A DNA stretch of 64,000 bases from Promethearchaeota archaeon (GCA_016839555.1 JAEOUA010000007.1:128001-192000), one strand, 5' to 3'. Positions 1-10,843 are shown, counted from the stretch's first letter. Made by a program: numbers and translations. The notes: generated from the sequence alone by a model not told the origin.

Positions 1-1182
1 TTCAGAGATGATAAAATCGTCTCTATTAATTGATTTTCCTTTAAGTAATGGTAAGAGGCTTTTACCTTGAAAAAATTTGGGAATTTCTAAATCAAAATAA
101 TCTAATATCGTGGGAGCAATATCAATTAATTGTACTTGTTCCTCAACATATTTCACATTCTCTTTTTTACCCAACTCAATGATGATAAGAGGAATCTTTA
201 GAATTTCATCGAAAATATTTCCAGTATGATGTAATAATTCATGCTCATAAAATGCTTCTCCATGATCTGAGGTAATTATAATCAAGCAGTTTTTTTTAAA
301 AAGAGAATAAATTGTTTTAAAAATTTTTAATAAATATTTATCTACAAAATTTATTTCTCCATCATATAAATCAATCAAATTATTCAGGATTTCTTTATTT
401 ATATGATATCTCCTAAAATTCATAAGAAATTTAGTATTTAATAACTCTTTTTCTCTTAAATTAATATTTTCTCTTCTAAATCTTAATAGGTTTCTTTTTG
501 GTGGATTATAAGGATTATGTACATCCATGAAATGAGCACATAAAAACATATTTTTATTATATTTTTTTAAAAAATTAATAACTTTTCTTGAAATCAAAGG
601 TGCATTATATTCAAGTGTTATGTATGGAATTAATATTTCAATTAATTTGTACATTCTAAATACTATCCAATTTCTTATTGTATCAAAACCTATTAAACAT
701 TTTTTAATTTTTTCTAAAATTTTTTGATAATTTATAATTTTTTTTATATTTGAAAAAGCTGATATTTTAAGAGATTCATTTTTATTGAGTTTTTTTCGAG
801 TTTGTGAAAATTTACTTAATTGTCCTTCAAAAAAAATATCAAAACCCCGATCATAATTGTAATGCTTTCCTAAAAAGGGGTTATCATGTATGAAATAAGT
901 TAAAATATTATTTTTCTTTAAAATTTCTTGAAATGTCTTTTTTTGAGTAGGTAAAGGGGCATAACCTCCCCTTAAAAAAGGGAATATTGAAGAAAAAATG
1001 GCTGAAAATGAAGATGGTGAATCTATTCCGTTTGTATATGCATTTAAAAAAATTGTACCTTGGTTGATAAAAGATTCTAAATTTGGAGCCGTATTTCTAT
1101 AATATCCATAGCATTTTAAGCTGTCTCTTCTTAAAGCATCAATTGTAATAAGAATTACTCTTTTATTTGTTAATTTATTCAT
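1..1182 (-). CDS. Sulfatase-like hydrolase/transferase (alkaline phosphatase superfamily), runs off the window edge
   Basis: Not in ORF track. Manual translation from ATG at 1182 gives MNKLTNKRVILITIDALRRDSLKCYGYYRNTAPNLE...NAYTNGIDSPSSFSAIFSS...YDRGFD...HSMDVHNPY...IIITSDHGEAFYEH. The ITIDALR and TSDHGE metal-binding motifs are typical of sulfatase-like proteins. Confidence 0.85.
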   Translation of the reverse strand, partial: MNKLTNKRVILITIDALRRDSLKCYGYYRNTAPNLESFINQGTIFLNAYTNGIDSPSSFSAIFSSIFPFLRGGYAPLPTQKKTFQEILKKNNILTYFIHDNPFLGKHYNYDRGFDIFFEGQLSKFSQTRKKLNKNESLKISAFSNIKKIINYQKILEKIKKCLIGFDTIRNWIVFRMYKLIEILIPYITLEYNAPLISRKVINFLKKYNKNMFLCAHFMDVHNPYNPPKRNLLRFRRENINLREKELLNTKFLMNFRRYHINKEILNNLIDLYDGEINFVDKYLLKIFKTIYSLFKKNCLIIITSDHGEAFYEHELLHHTGNIFDEILKIPLIIIELGKKENVKYVEEQVQLIDIAPTILDYFDLEIPKFFQGKSLLPLLKGKSINRDDFIISE

Positions 1183-1402
1183 TGATTTATCAATTTATTT
1201 CAAGGAATTAAATAAATACCTAATTCATCTAATAATTAAAGACTTGATATACGAAAATAATTTTAAGAAAACATTAATTTAAACTTTTTTAAGAATTTTT
1301 GTTTTTAGAAAAAGAGTTTCTACTTAAATTTTATAAAAAATTACAAAAAAATTTTAGAAATCAATAATTACTTAATTAAATAGGTAAAATACGAAAGCAA
1401 CA

Positions 1403-2536
1403 ATGGAATATAAGAATGAAAAACCCGCTATACTAATGCTAAAAGATGGCCGATATTTTAAGGGTATCGGGTTCGGTGCAACTAAAATTGTTACAGGAGA
1501 ATTAGTATTTACAACAATAACTGGCGCAGGATATAATGAAACGCTCACAGATCCCTCCTATCAAGGTCAAATTGTTATTATGACTCATCCTTTAGTGGGA
1601 AACTATGGTGTACCTTCATGGGAGAAAGATGAATATGGGTTAATAAAATATTTTGAATCTGAATCTATTAAAGTAAGTGGATTTGTTGTAAATGAATGTT
1701 GTAAGCATCCCCATCATTATAAAAGCGTAAAAAATTTGGATCAATTTCTCACAGAAGAAGATATTCCAGGAATTGAATGGATGGATACGCGTGCTATCAC
1801 GAAAATCTTACGAGAAGAAGGAGTGCAAGTCGGATTATTAGCTGTTTTTAATCCTGGAAAAAAACCTAATATTGAAGAATTAAGAGAAATGGTAAAAGAG
1901 GCAGAAGATCCAAATCTAAGAAAATTAGCTGGTGAAGTCTCTGTTAAAAAAATTAAAAAATATTCACCAGTCAACCCTCGAGGAAGAGTGGTAATTTTAG
2001 ATTTAGGTGTGAAATATAGTATTATACGAAATTTATTAAAAAGAAATATAGAAGTAATTCTCGTACCATATGACTATACTTATGAGCAAATAATGAAATA
2101 TAGTCCTAATGGAGTAATTATATCAAATGGTCCGGGAGATCCCAAATTATATTATAATGCCATAGAAGTAAGTACAAGGTTGATGGAGGATGATATACCA
2201 ACCTTCGGAATATGTTTAGGAAACCAAATAATAGGCTTAGCTGCGGGGGGAACTTCCTATAAATTAAAATACGGGCATCGGGGCGGGAACAAAACCGTTA
2301 TAAATCCAGAAACAAGACGTTGCTATATTACCTCTCAAAATCATGGATATTGCGTAAAAGATTTTGAAGCAGGGGGTTTTATAGAATTTTTAAAAAACAT
2401 AGATGATGACTCAAATGAGGGAATTATTCATGAACGAAAACCAATTTTTGCGGTTCAATTTCATCCTGAAGCCTCGCCAGGTCCTCTAGATTCTATATAT
2501 TTATTTGATAAATTTATTGAATTGATGGAGATCTGA
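1403..2536 (+). CDS. carA: Carbamoyl-phosphate synthase small (glutaminase) subunit, catalytically intact
   Basis: SNGPGDP, GICLGNQ (catalytic Cys), YGHRGGN, SQNHG and QFHPEASPGP (His-Glu) motifs. Confidence 0.97.
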   Translation: MEYKNEKPAILMLKDGRYFKGIGFGATKIVTGELVFTTITGAGYNETLTDPSYQGQIVIMTHPLVGNYGVPSWEKDEYGLIKYFESESIKVSGFVVNECCKHPHHYKSVKNLDQFLTEEDIPGIEWMDTRAITKILREEGVQVGLLAVFNPGKKPNIEELREMVKEAEDPNLRKLAGEVSVKKIKKYSPVNPRGRVVILDLGVKYSIIRNLLKRNIEVILVPYDYTYEQIMKYSPNGVIISNGPGDPKLYYNAIEVSTRLMEDDIPTFGICLGNQIIGLAAGGTSYKLKYGHRGGNKTVINPETRRCYITSQNHGYCVKDFEAGGFIEFLKNIDDDSNEGIIHERKPIFAVQFHPEASPGPLDSIYLFDKFIELMEI

Positions 2537-2540
2537 TATC

Positions 2541-5500
2541 ATGCCTTTTGATAAATCCATTAAAAAAGCCTTAGTTTTAGGGAGTGGAGGTATTCGAATT
2601 GGCCAAGCAGGTGAATTTGACTACTCGGGTTCCCAAGTTTTAAAAGCCTTAAAAGAAGAGGGAATAGAAACTATCCTTATTAACCCAAATATTGCAACAA
2701 TTCAAACAGATCCTCAATTATCTGATAGAGTATATTTATTACCTATTAATGTTAAATATGTAGAAAAAGTTATCAAAAAGGAACGTCCTGACGGAATTCT
2801 TCTCTCATTTGGAGGACAAACAGCTCTTAATGTTGGAGTAGAACTCCAAGAATTAGGAATATTGGAAAAATATAATGTCCGTGTTTTAGGAACTCCTATT
2901 GAGGCAATCGAGGCGACAGAAGATAGGGATTTATTTGTAAAAGCAATGAATAAATCTAATGCCCCCGTGTGTAAAAGTAAGGCCGTCAATTCATATAATG
3001 AAGCAATTAAAACAGTGGAGGAATTTGGTTTTCCTTTAATGATAAGGGTAGCCTATACTTTAGGAGGAAGAGGTTCTGGTATTGTTTCTGATATCAAAGA
3101 ATTTGAAAAAATGGCAAGAAGAGGATTGGCACAATCCAGAATAAATCAAATACTTATTGAGGAGAGTGTATGGGGCTGGAAAGAAATTGAATATGAAGTT
3201 GTCCGTGATGCAGCAGATAATTGTTTTATAAATTGCAATATGGAGAATTTTGATCCTGTAGGTGTGCACACCGGGGAATCAATTGTCGTAGCCCCTTCTC
3301 AGACTCTTACTAATGAAGAATATCAAATGCTCCGTTCCGCGTCAATACGAATTATTAGAAATTTAGGGATTATTGGAGAATGTAATATTCAATATGCCCT
3401 TCATCCAAAAAGTAATGAATTTAGAGTAATTGAAGTAAATGCCCGTCTTTCAAGATCTTCCGCTTTAGCTTCAAAAGCGACGGGATATCCTTTAGCTTAT
3501 ATAGCTGCGAAATTAGCAATTGGATATCAACTTCCGGAATTGAAAAATAAAATTACAGGTAAAACGACCGCGTGTTTTGAACCCGCGTTAGATTATCTTG
3601 TCTTGAAAATTCCGCGCTGGGATATGACCAAATTTCAAAGAGTTGACCGTCATATCGGCAGTCAAATGAAGTCAGTCGGCGAAGTGATGGCTATTGGACG
3701 CACCTTCGAGGAAGTATTACAGAAGGCTGTCCGAATGCTCGATATTGGTATGAAAGGAATGGTTTCGAATGATTTAGAGCCAATTGAAGACCTTAATGAA
3801 TTAAAATATAACCTAAGAAATCCCACCGATTTACGAGTTTTTCGCTTGATTGAGGCTATTAAGAGAGGATTAGATCTCGATGAGATTTATAACCTTTCAA
3901 GAGTCGATAAATGGTTCCTCTATAAATTGCAAAATATTATTAATATTGAACGCCAGATTGAATCTTTAGATCTTTTAAAGTCTTCTGACTCTCAAAAAAA
4001 ATATATACTTAAAAGAGCAAAACGTTTTGGCTTTTCGGATGGACAAATCGCTAAAATTATGGGAATAGATACCATTCAAATACGTAATTTGCGCAGACGC
4101 TTCAACATTACTCCTTGCGTAAAACGAATTGATACCTTGGCAGCGGAATGGCCTGCTATCACTAATTATTTGTATCTTACTTATGCAGGTTTGGAGCATG
4201 ATATTGACTATGAACAAGAGGCTAGAAAGAATTTGCAAAAAATCATCGTGCTTGGAAGTGGTACATATCGAATTGGGGCGAGTGTTGAATTTGATTGGGG
4301 TTCTGTAAATTGCCTATGGGGTTTAAAAAAGCAAGATGTTGATCAAGCTATTATTATTAATTATAACCCAGAGACGGTTAGTACCGATTATGATATCAGC
4401 GATAAACTTTATTTCGAAGAGCTTTCGGGTGAGAGGGTATTAGATATATGTGAGTTAGAAAATCCCTATGGTATTATTGTTTCAGTAGGAGGGCAAATCG
4501 CAAATAACCTTGCCGCCAAATTCTCTAAGTATAGTGAGTTTTTTAGGAAAGTTGGTATTAATATCTTAGGGACTCACGGCTCTCGTATTGATATGGCGGA
4601 AGATCGTAGTAAATTTAGTAATTTGTTAGACCAATTGAATATCGGACAACCCCAATGGAAAACTTTGACCAATAAAGCGGAAGCGATAGATTTTTCTAAA
4701 GATGTGGGTTATCCCGTTCTCGTGCGCCCTTCCTATGTATTGAGCGGAGCTGCTATGAGAGTCTGTTATGATCAAAAGACATTGCAAGACACTTTAGATC
4801 TCGCCGCTTCCGTATCGAGTGAGTATCCCGTGGTAATTACCAAATTCTTTACTGATGCCCGTGAAGTAGAATGCGATGGAGTGTGCGATGGAGAAGAGGT
4901 GCTTATTGGAGCAATTGTGGAGCATATAGAAAATGCTGGAATTCATTCTGGAGATGCTACAATGGCAATCCCTCCTCAAACCATCTCAAATGAGGTGATT
5001 GAGATAATCAAAAAATACACAAAACAGATCGCTTTAGCACTTAAAATAAAAGGTCCTTTCAATGTTCAATATTTAGTAAAGAATGGGGGCGTCTATGTTA
5101 TCGAATGTAATCTCCGTTCAAGCCGCAGCATGCCTTATGTATCTAAAACCCGCGGCATTAACTTAATGCGAATCGCGGCAGAAATCTTCATGGGAAAGAA
5201 AATCCCCAAGCGATTATTAGATTTATCCTATGGGGATTATATCTCAGTAAAAGCTCCCATGTTTTCCTTCATGCGATTAGATAAAGCCGACCCAATTCTT
5301 GGCGTCGAGATGAATTCAACGGGGGAATGTGCGAGTTTTGGCGATACTTTTCCGGAAGCATTAGTAAAAGCAATTGAATCAACTGGTAGAAATATTCCGA
5401 TTTACGGGGGGAACGTCCTAATTTCAGTAGGCGGAGAGGAATTAAAGAAAAAAATTATCCCCTTAGCACAGAAATTAAGAAATATGGGCTTTACCATTTT

Positions 5501-5852
5501 TGCTACGGAGGATACTGCGTTAGCAATGAAAAAAAACGGGATATTCGCCGTCAAGCTGTATAAAATCTATGAATACGGAAAGGAGCCGAACATTGTGAGT
5601 TGCCTAGAAAATGCTGCTATAGACCTCGTTATAAATATCCCACTTCCAACAACCGTGGAAGAAAAATTCAGGCAAATTATGGAGGATGAGTATGTAATCA
5701 GGCGGAAGGCAGTTGATTTTAATATTCCTGTGATTACGAACTTTGAGTTGGGAGCCGCACTAGTAGACGCTATAGAAGAATTGCGCCATAAAGAAATCTC
5801 TATTAAATCTTTAAATGAATACCATAAAACCCTAAAAGAAGTTTATTGGTAG
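2541..5852 (+). CDS. carB: Carbamoyl-phosphate synthase large subunit, copy 1
   Basis: GSGGIRIGQAGEFDYSG, EVNARLSRSSALASKATGYP, two ATP-grasp halves and a C-terminal MGS-like domain. Confidence 0.97.
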   Translation: MPFDKSIKKALVLGSGGIRIGQAGEFDYSGSQVLKALKEEGIETILINPNIATIQTDPQLSDRVYLLPINVKYVEKVIKKERPDGILLSFGGQTALNVGVELQELGILEKYNVRVLGTPIEAIEATEDRDLFVKAMNKSNAPVCKSKAVNSYNEAIKTVEEFGFPLMIRVAYTLGGRGSGIVSDIKEFEKMARRGLAQSRINQILIEESVWGWKEIEYEVVRDAADNCFINCNMENFDPVGVHTGESIVVAPSQTLTNEEYQMLRSASIRIIRNLGIIGECNIQYALHPKSNEFRVIEVNARLSRSSALASKATGYPLAYIAAKLAIGYQLPELKNKITGKTTACFEPALDYLVLKIPRWDMTKFQRVDRHIGSQMKSVGEVMAIGRTFEEVLQKAVRMLDIGMKGMVSNDLEPIEDLNELKYNLRNPTDLRVFRLIEAIKRGLDLDEIYNLSRVDKWFLYKLQNIINIERQIESLDLLKSSDSQKKYILKRAKRFGFSDGQIAKIMGIDTIQIRNLRRRFNITPCVKRIDTLAAEWPAITNYLYLTYAGLEHDIDYEQEARKNLQKIIVLGSGTYRIGASVEFDWGSVNCLWGLKKQDVDQAIIINYNPETVSTDYDISDKLYFEELSGERVLDICELENPYGIIVSVGGQIANNLAAKFSKYSEFFRKVGINILGTHGSRIDMAEDRSKFSNLLDQLNIGQPQWKTLTNKAEAIDFSKDVGYPVLVRPSYVLSGAAMRVCYDQKTLQDTLDLAASVSSEYPVVITKFFTDAREVECDGVCDGEEVLIGAIVEHIENAGIHSGDATMAIPPQTISNEVIEIIKKYTKQIALALKIKGPFNVQYLVKNGGVYVIECNLRSSRSMPYVSKTRGINLMRIAAEIFMGKKIPKRLLDLSYGDYISVKAPMFSFMRLDKADPILGVEMNSTGECASFGDTFPEALVKAIESTGRNIPIYGGNVLISVGGEELKKKIIPLAQKLRNMGFTIFATEDTALAMKKNGIFAVKLYKIYEYGKEPNIVSCLENAAIDLVINIPLPTTVEEKFRQIMEDEYVIRRKAVDFNIPVITNFELGAALVDAIEELRHKEISIKSLNEYHKTLKEVYW

Positions 5853-5928
5853 ATCTAATTTATACTCAAATTATTAGAAAATTTTGGACCACTATTCTTT
5901 TAAATATTTGTATTTAGTTTTTTAATAT

Positions 5929-6087
5929 ATGGCAATATCAACTAATAATAGGTATAGAAGTTGCGTTGACTGCGACCATTATAATGAGGAGAGGCAATAT
6001 TGTGAATACTTTAAGAGAAAGCTCTCTCCACACTGTTATTGTTTAGTAGACGGAAATATGGTTTATTTCCTTAAAAACAATAACTAA
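5929..6087 (+). CDS. Small Cys-rich protein (52 aa), putative metal-binding
   Basis: Below the ORF-track cutoff. MAISTNNRYRSCVDCDHYNEERQYCEYFKRKLSPHCYCLVDGNMVYFLKNNN has CxxC...C...CxC. It is locally more GC-rich than its flanks and is followed by a T-tract. Confidence 0.55.
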   Translation: MAISTNNRYRSCVDCDHYNEERQYCEYFKRKLSPHCYCLVDGNMVYFLKNNN

Positions 6088-6252
6088 TCGTTTTTTTTCT
6101 CTCTTATTCTCGATCTTTTTATTCTATTTAATTAAAACATTTTTTATTTTACTGATATTATTTTTGAGAAGATAATTATATTAATTAAATTAGTAAAATT
6201 AGATATACAAAATATATTAAATAGTAAACAAAGCCGTATAAATGTAAATACA

Positions 6253-7392
6253 ATGATTTATAAAACTGAAAAACCAGCTATTTTGATGTTAGATAGTGGG
6301 CTATATTTTAAGGGAATTGGTTTTGGCGCCGTTAAAAAAGTATCTGGTGAAATCATATTTAATACAATACCAGGTTCGGGTTATGTTGAATTATTAACTA
6401 ATCCCACAAATAAAGGAAAAATTATAGTATGTACATACCCCTCCATCGGTAACTACGGGGTTCCCGCAAAATTGAGAGATGAATATGGGATATTAAAACA
6501 GTTTGAATCAGACTCAATTCATATAAATGGACTCGTAATCAGCGAATATTGTGATACACCGAGTCATTATGAAAGTATCAAAACCTTAGAGGAATGGCTT
6601 ATAGAGGAGGATATTCCTGCTATACAATGGGTAGATACGAGAAGGTTAACCCAATATCTCGTTCAAAATAAAACCTCTATGGGGATTTTACAAGTTTTTG
6701 ATCAAAATAGCAAACCAAATATTCAAGCTTTACGAGAAGAAGCAAAAAAATTAAAGAATTTAAATAAAAGAAATTTAGTAGAAGTGGTTTCCACCAAAAA
6801 AGTGAAAACTTATTCTTGTGAAAATAGTAAGGCAACAGTTCTCATTATTGATTTAGGAGTGAAAAACGGTATTTTAAGGGTTCTTCTCAAAAAAAAGATG
6901 GATATCGTTATAGTTCCCCATAATTTTTACTATAATAATATAATGGAGTTAAGGCCTGATGGAATTTTGATTTCAAATGGACCAGGGAATCCGAAAATAT
7001 ATTCTGAAATCGTGAACTTAATCGAAAAACTTCTAAATACAGAAACTCCAATGATGGGAATAGGATTGGGTCATATTTTAATTGGATTAGCGGCAGGTGC
7101 AGAAGTCTATAAGATGAAAGCCCCTCATAGAGGGGGAAGAACAACTGTGAAAAACTCAACAAATCAATGTTATATAACTTACCAAAATCATGGCTATTGT
7201 TTAAAAAGTTTAAAAGAAAATGGTTTTTCAGAATACTTTCATGATAAGGATGATGGATCGAATGAAGGGCTGATTCATAAAAATAAATCAATTTTTTCAG
7301 TTTTATTTAATCCAGAAGGATCCCCTGGGCCATTAGATGTGAGGGATATCATATTTGATAAATTTATAGAATCAATCAAGGTGAAGAAATAA
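6253..7392 (+). CDS. carA: Carbamoyl-phosphate synthase small subunit paralog lacking glutaminase catalytic residues
   Basis: Full-length paralog of 1403..2536, but GIGLGHI replaces GICLGNQ and LFNPEG replaces QFHPEA. Confidence 0.93.
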   Translation: MIYKTEKPAILMLDSGLYFKGIGFGAVKKVSGEIIFNTIPGSGYVELLTNPTNKGKIIVCTYPSIGNYGVPAKLRDEYGILKQFESDSIHINGLVISEYCDTPSHYESIKTLEEWLIEEDIPAIQWVDTRRLTQYLVQNKTSMGILQVFDQNSKPNIQALREEAKKLKNLNKRNLVEVVSTKKVKTYSCENSKATVLIIDLGVKNGILRVLLKKKMDIVIVPHNFYYNNIMELRPDGILISNGPGNPKIYSEIVNLIEKLLNTETPMMGIGLGHILIGLAAGAEVYKMKAPHRGGRTTVKNSTNQCYITYQNHGYCLKSLKENGFSEYFHDKDDGSNEGLIHKNKSIFSVLFNPEGSPGPLDVRDIIFDKFIESIKVKK

Positions 7393-10300
7393 TGCCCTTG
7401 GATAAATCAATCAAGAAAGTTCTCGTTTTAGGCTCTGGGGCAGTCAGAATCGGACAAGCAGGAGAATTTGACTATTCTGGTTCTCAAGTACTTAAAGCAT
7501 TAAATGAGGAGGGTATTGAAACAATTCTCGTGAATCCTAATATTGCCACAATCCAAACAGATCCTCAAATGTCTGATAAAGTTTACTTGGTTCCAATAAA
7601 TGTTAAATATGTTGAGGAAATTATTGAAAAAGAACGACCGGATGGAATCTGTCTTTCTTTTGGTGGGCAAACAGGATTAAATGTGGGAGTAGAATTAAAA
7701 GAAGCGGGAATTTTAGATAAATATAATGTGAGAGTTTTTGGAACACCAATTAAAGCTATTGAAGCTACTGAAGATCGTGATTTATTTGTAAAAGCGATGA
7801 ATGAAGCTAATTGCCCCGTATGTAAAAGCAAAGCGGTAACAAGTTATAAGGAGGCAAAACAAGTAGTTGAAAAATTTGGATTTCCTCTTATGCTGAGAGT
7901 GGCTTATGTTCTTGGAGGGAGAGGCTCTGGAATAATCCACAATATGAAGGAATTTGAACGAAAAGCAAAAGTTGGCTTGGCTCAATCAAGAATTAATCAA
8001 ATTTTAATTGAGGAATCAGTATGGGGCTGGAAAGAAATAGAATTTGAAATTCTTAGGGATGCGGATGATAATTGCTTTATTAATTGCTCTATGGAAAACG
8101 TTGATCCCTGTGGAATTCACACTGGAGATTCAATTGTAGTCGCTCCCGCTCAAACTCTAACTGATGAAGAATTACAAATGCTTCGTTCAGCATCAATTAG
8201 AGCTACTAAAGCTGTCGGAGTCTGTGGAGAGTGTAATATTCAATGGGCTTTAGATCCTTTCTCTAAAAAATATAGAGCAATTGAGATAAATGCAAGATTA
8301 TCTCGATCTTCCGCATTAGCTTCTAAAGCCACTGGCTATCCATTAGCGTATATTGCTGCGAAAATTGCAGTGGGATATACTTTACCAGAGCTTATAAATC
8401 AAATAACCTTAAAAACCACCGCAAATTTTGAACCCGCCACAGATTATATGGTCTTAAAGTATCCTCGATGGGATTTAACAAAATTTGAAAAGGTTGATAG
8501 ACATATTGGTCCTCAAATGAAAGGCGTAGGGGAATGTATGAGTATTGGAAGGTGCTTTGAAGAGGTATGTCAGAAAGCATTACGCATGTTAGATATTAAT
8601 CTGAAAGGATTTGTTGCAAATGATCTTGAACCGATTGAAGATATAAATGAATTGAAATATGAATTAAGAAATCCCACAGATTTAAGATTCTTAAGAATTA
8701 GTGAAGCAATAAAACGAGGGATTTCTATTGAAGAAATTTATGAACGGTCCAGAATTGATAAATGGTTTCTTCATAAATTAGAAAATATCATTAAAATTGA
8801 GAAGGAATTAGAAAACCTAGACTTTTTACAATCTTCTGATGAAGATAAAGAATATTTATTAACAAGGGCAAAAAGATTTGGTTTTTCTGATGGACAAATT
8901 GGTAAAATCATGGGATTGACTACTCCCGTAATACGAAGATTGCGAAAACGATTAAGAATTGTTCCCTATGTAAAACAAATTGATACATTGGCAGGTCAAA
9001 TTGAACCTGAACGTCATTATTTATACCTTACTTATTGGGGGGATAAACATGATATTGATTTTGAGAAAGAAGAGCAAGAAAATCAAAAAAAAGTGATTGT
9101 CTTAGGTTCAGGAACGTATCGAATAGGCTCCTCTGTTGAATTTGATTGGGGTTGTGTTAATTGTTTGTGGGGTTTACAAGAGCTTGGTGTTGATAAAGCG
9201 ATAATTATTAATTATAATCCTGAGACGGTAAGTACAGATTATGATATTTCTGATCGTCTTTATTTTGAGGAACTTTCAGGGGAACGGGTGCTAGATATCT
9301 GCGAATTAGAAAAACCATATGGAATTGTGCTAAACGCAGGGGGTCAAATCGCCCAAAATCTTGCCGCAAAGTTTGCAAAATATTCAGAGTTTTATCGAAA
9401 AACCAATATAAGGATATTGGGAACGCATGGCTCTCGTATCGATATGGCAGAGGATCGCGTGAAATTCAGTGCCCTCCTTGATGATCTACATATTAATCAA
9501 CCCGAATGGGCAATGCTTACCACTACAGAGGAAGCTATTGAGTTTGCCGAAAAAGTAGGATATCCAGTATTAGTGAGACCTTCTTATGTATTAAGTGGTG
9601 CTGCAATGCGAGTATCTTATGATAAAAAAACCTTAAAAGATACACTTGACTTAGCTGCGGCAGTATCTCGAGAATATCCAGTAATTATAACAAAATTTTT
9701 TACAGATTCAAGAGAGGTGGAATGCGACGGGATTTGCGATGGGGAGAATGTATTGATTGGAGCTATAGTGGAGCACATTGAAAATGCCGGTGTTCATTCT
9801 GGGGACGCCACCATGACAATCCCTCCACAGACTATTTCTAAAAAAATAATAAAACAAATAGAAGAATATACACGAGAAATTGCTTTAGCTTTGAAAATAT
9901 TAGGGCCATTTAATATTCAATATTTAGTAAAGGATGGGGAAGTTTCTGTGATTGAATGTAATTTAAGATCCAGCCGTAGCATGCCGTATGTATCTAAAAC
10001 ACGCGGAATAAATTTAATGAAATTAGCAGCAGAAGTTATAATGGGAAATAAAATACCAAAAAAATTAATAGACCTTCCCTATGGTAATTTTGTGGGAGTA
10101 AAAGCTCCCATGTTTTCATTTATGCGATTGGATAATGCAGATCCCATTTTAGGAGTGGAGATGAACTCTACTGGTGAAGTGGGGGTACTCGGAGATGATT
10201 TCGCAGATGCTTTAATGAAGGCACTTGAAGCTGCCGAAAATAATATACCTATTAAAAATGGAAATGTATTAATTTCAGTGGGAGGAGAGGAGCTTAAGAA

Positions 10301-10703
10301 GAAAATAATCCCTTTAGCAAAAAAATTGAAAAATATGGGATTTACGATCTTTGCGACGGAGGATACTGCTCTGGCTCTTAAAAAGAATGGAATTGATACT
10401 GTAAGATTATATAAAGTACATGAAGTTGGAAAAGAGCCAAATATTATGAAATGTTTACGAAAAGGAGAAATAGATTTAGTAATTAACATCCCCTTACCAA
10501 CGACGGTCAAAGAGAAATTTAGGCAAATAATGGAGGATGAATATAAAATTAGACGCCATGCGGTCGATTTTAATATTCCTGTTATCATTAATTTACAACT
10601 TGCCAAATCATTAATTAACGCCATTGAAAAAATGCGTCAAAAACAATTCTCAATTAAGGCTTTAAATGATTACCATAAATCATTAGAAGAAGTGTATTGG
10701 TAA
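7392..10703 (+). CDS. carB: Carbamoyl-phosphate synthase large subunit, copy 2
   Basis: Same length (1103 aa) and motifs as copy 1. Its start overlaps the carA2 stop (TAATG). Confidence 0.97.
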   Translation: MPLDKSIKKVLVLGSGAVRIGQAGEFDYSGSQVLKALNEEGIETILVNPNIATIQTDPQMSDKVYLVPINVKYVEEIIEKERPDGICLSFGGQTGLNVGVELKEAGILDKYNVRVFGTPIKAIEATEDRDLFVKAMNEANCPVCKSKAVTSYKEAKQVVEKFGFPLMLRVAYVLGGRGSGIIHNMKEFERKAKVGLAQSRINQILIEESVWGWKEIEFEILRDADDNCFINCSMENVDPCGIHTGDSIVVAPAQTLTDEELQMLRSASIRATKAVGVCGECNIQWALDPFSKKYRAIEINARLSRSSALASKATGYPLAYIAAKIAVGYTLPELINQITLKTTANFEPATDYMVLKYPRWDLTKFEKVDRHIGPQMKGVGECMSIGRCFEEVCQKALRMLDINLKGFVANDLEPIEDINELKYELRNPTDLRFLRISEAIKRGISIEEIYERSRIDKWFLHKLENIIKIEKELENLDFLQSSDEDKEYLLTRAKRFGFSDGQIGKIMGLTTPVIRRLRKRLRIVPYVKQIDTLAGQIEPERHYLYLTYWGDKHDIDFEKEEQENQKKVIVLGSGTYRIGSSVEFDWGCVNCLWGLQELGVDKAIIINYNPETVSTDYDISDRLYFEELSGERVLDICELEKPYGIVLNAGGQIAQNLAAKFAKYSEFYRKTNIRILGTHGSRIDMAEDRVKFSALLDDLHINQPEWAMLTTTEEAIEFAEKVGYPVLVRPSYVLSGAAMRVSYDKKTLKDTLDLAAAVSREYPVIITKFFTDSREVECDGICDGENVLIGAIVEHIENAGVHSGDATMTIPPQTISKKIIKQIEEYTREIALALKILGPFNIQYLVKDGEVSVIECNLRSSRSMPYVSKTRGINLMKLAAEVIMGNKIPKKLIDLPYGNFVGVKAPMFSFMRLDNADPILGVEMNSTGEVGVLGDDFADALMKALEAAENNIPIKNGNVLISVGGEELKKKIIPLAKKLKNMGFTIFATEDTALALKKNGIDTVRLYKVHEVGKEPNIMKCLRKGEIDLVINIPLPTTVKEKFRQIMEDEYKIRRHAVDFNIPVIINLQLAKSLINAIEKMRQKQFSIKALNDYHKSLEEVYW

Positions 10704-10843
10704 AGATAATCATAGATAAAAAGACCTATTGTATAAAAAAATAATCTTTTTCTCTCGATATTTTACACAAAATTATCTAATACCATGTATTTCTTTTAAA
10801 ATTTCTTAAAAAAAATTTAAAAAGGGAAAAAGAAAATTAATTT

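Noticed and set aside
6052-6070. GGAA...TTCC as an NrpR operator
   Set aside because: The spacing is 11 nt, not the 6 nt of the GGAA-N6-TTCC consensus, and I did not spot that consensus upstream of amtB or glnA.
1741-10624. Short antisense ORFs within carA/carB (e.g. 10079..10624, 6908..7291)
   Set aside because: Shadows of well-supported genes on the opposite strand with no motifs. The same applies to the other short overlapping ORFs in the track, such as 26566..27024, 30430..30825 and 44482..44841.
2541-10703. carB duplication as an assembly artefact
   Set aside because: The copies differ throughout at both synonymous and amino-acid level.
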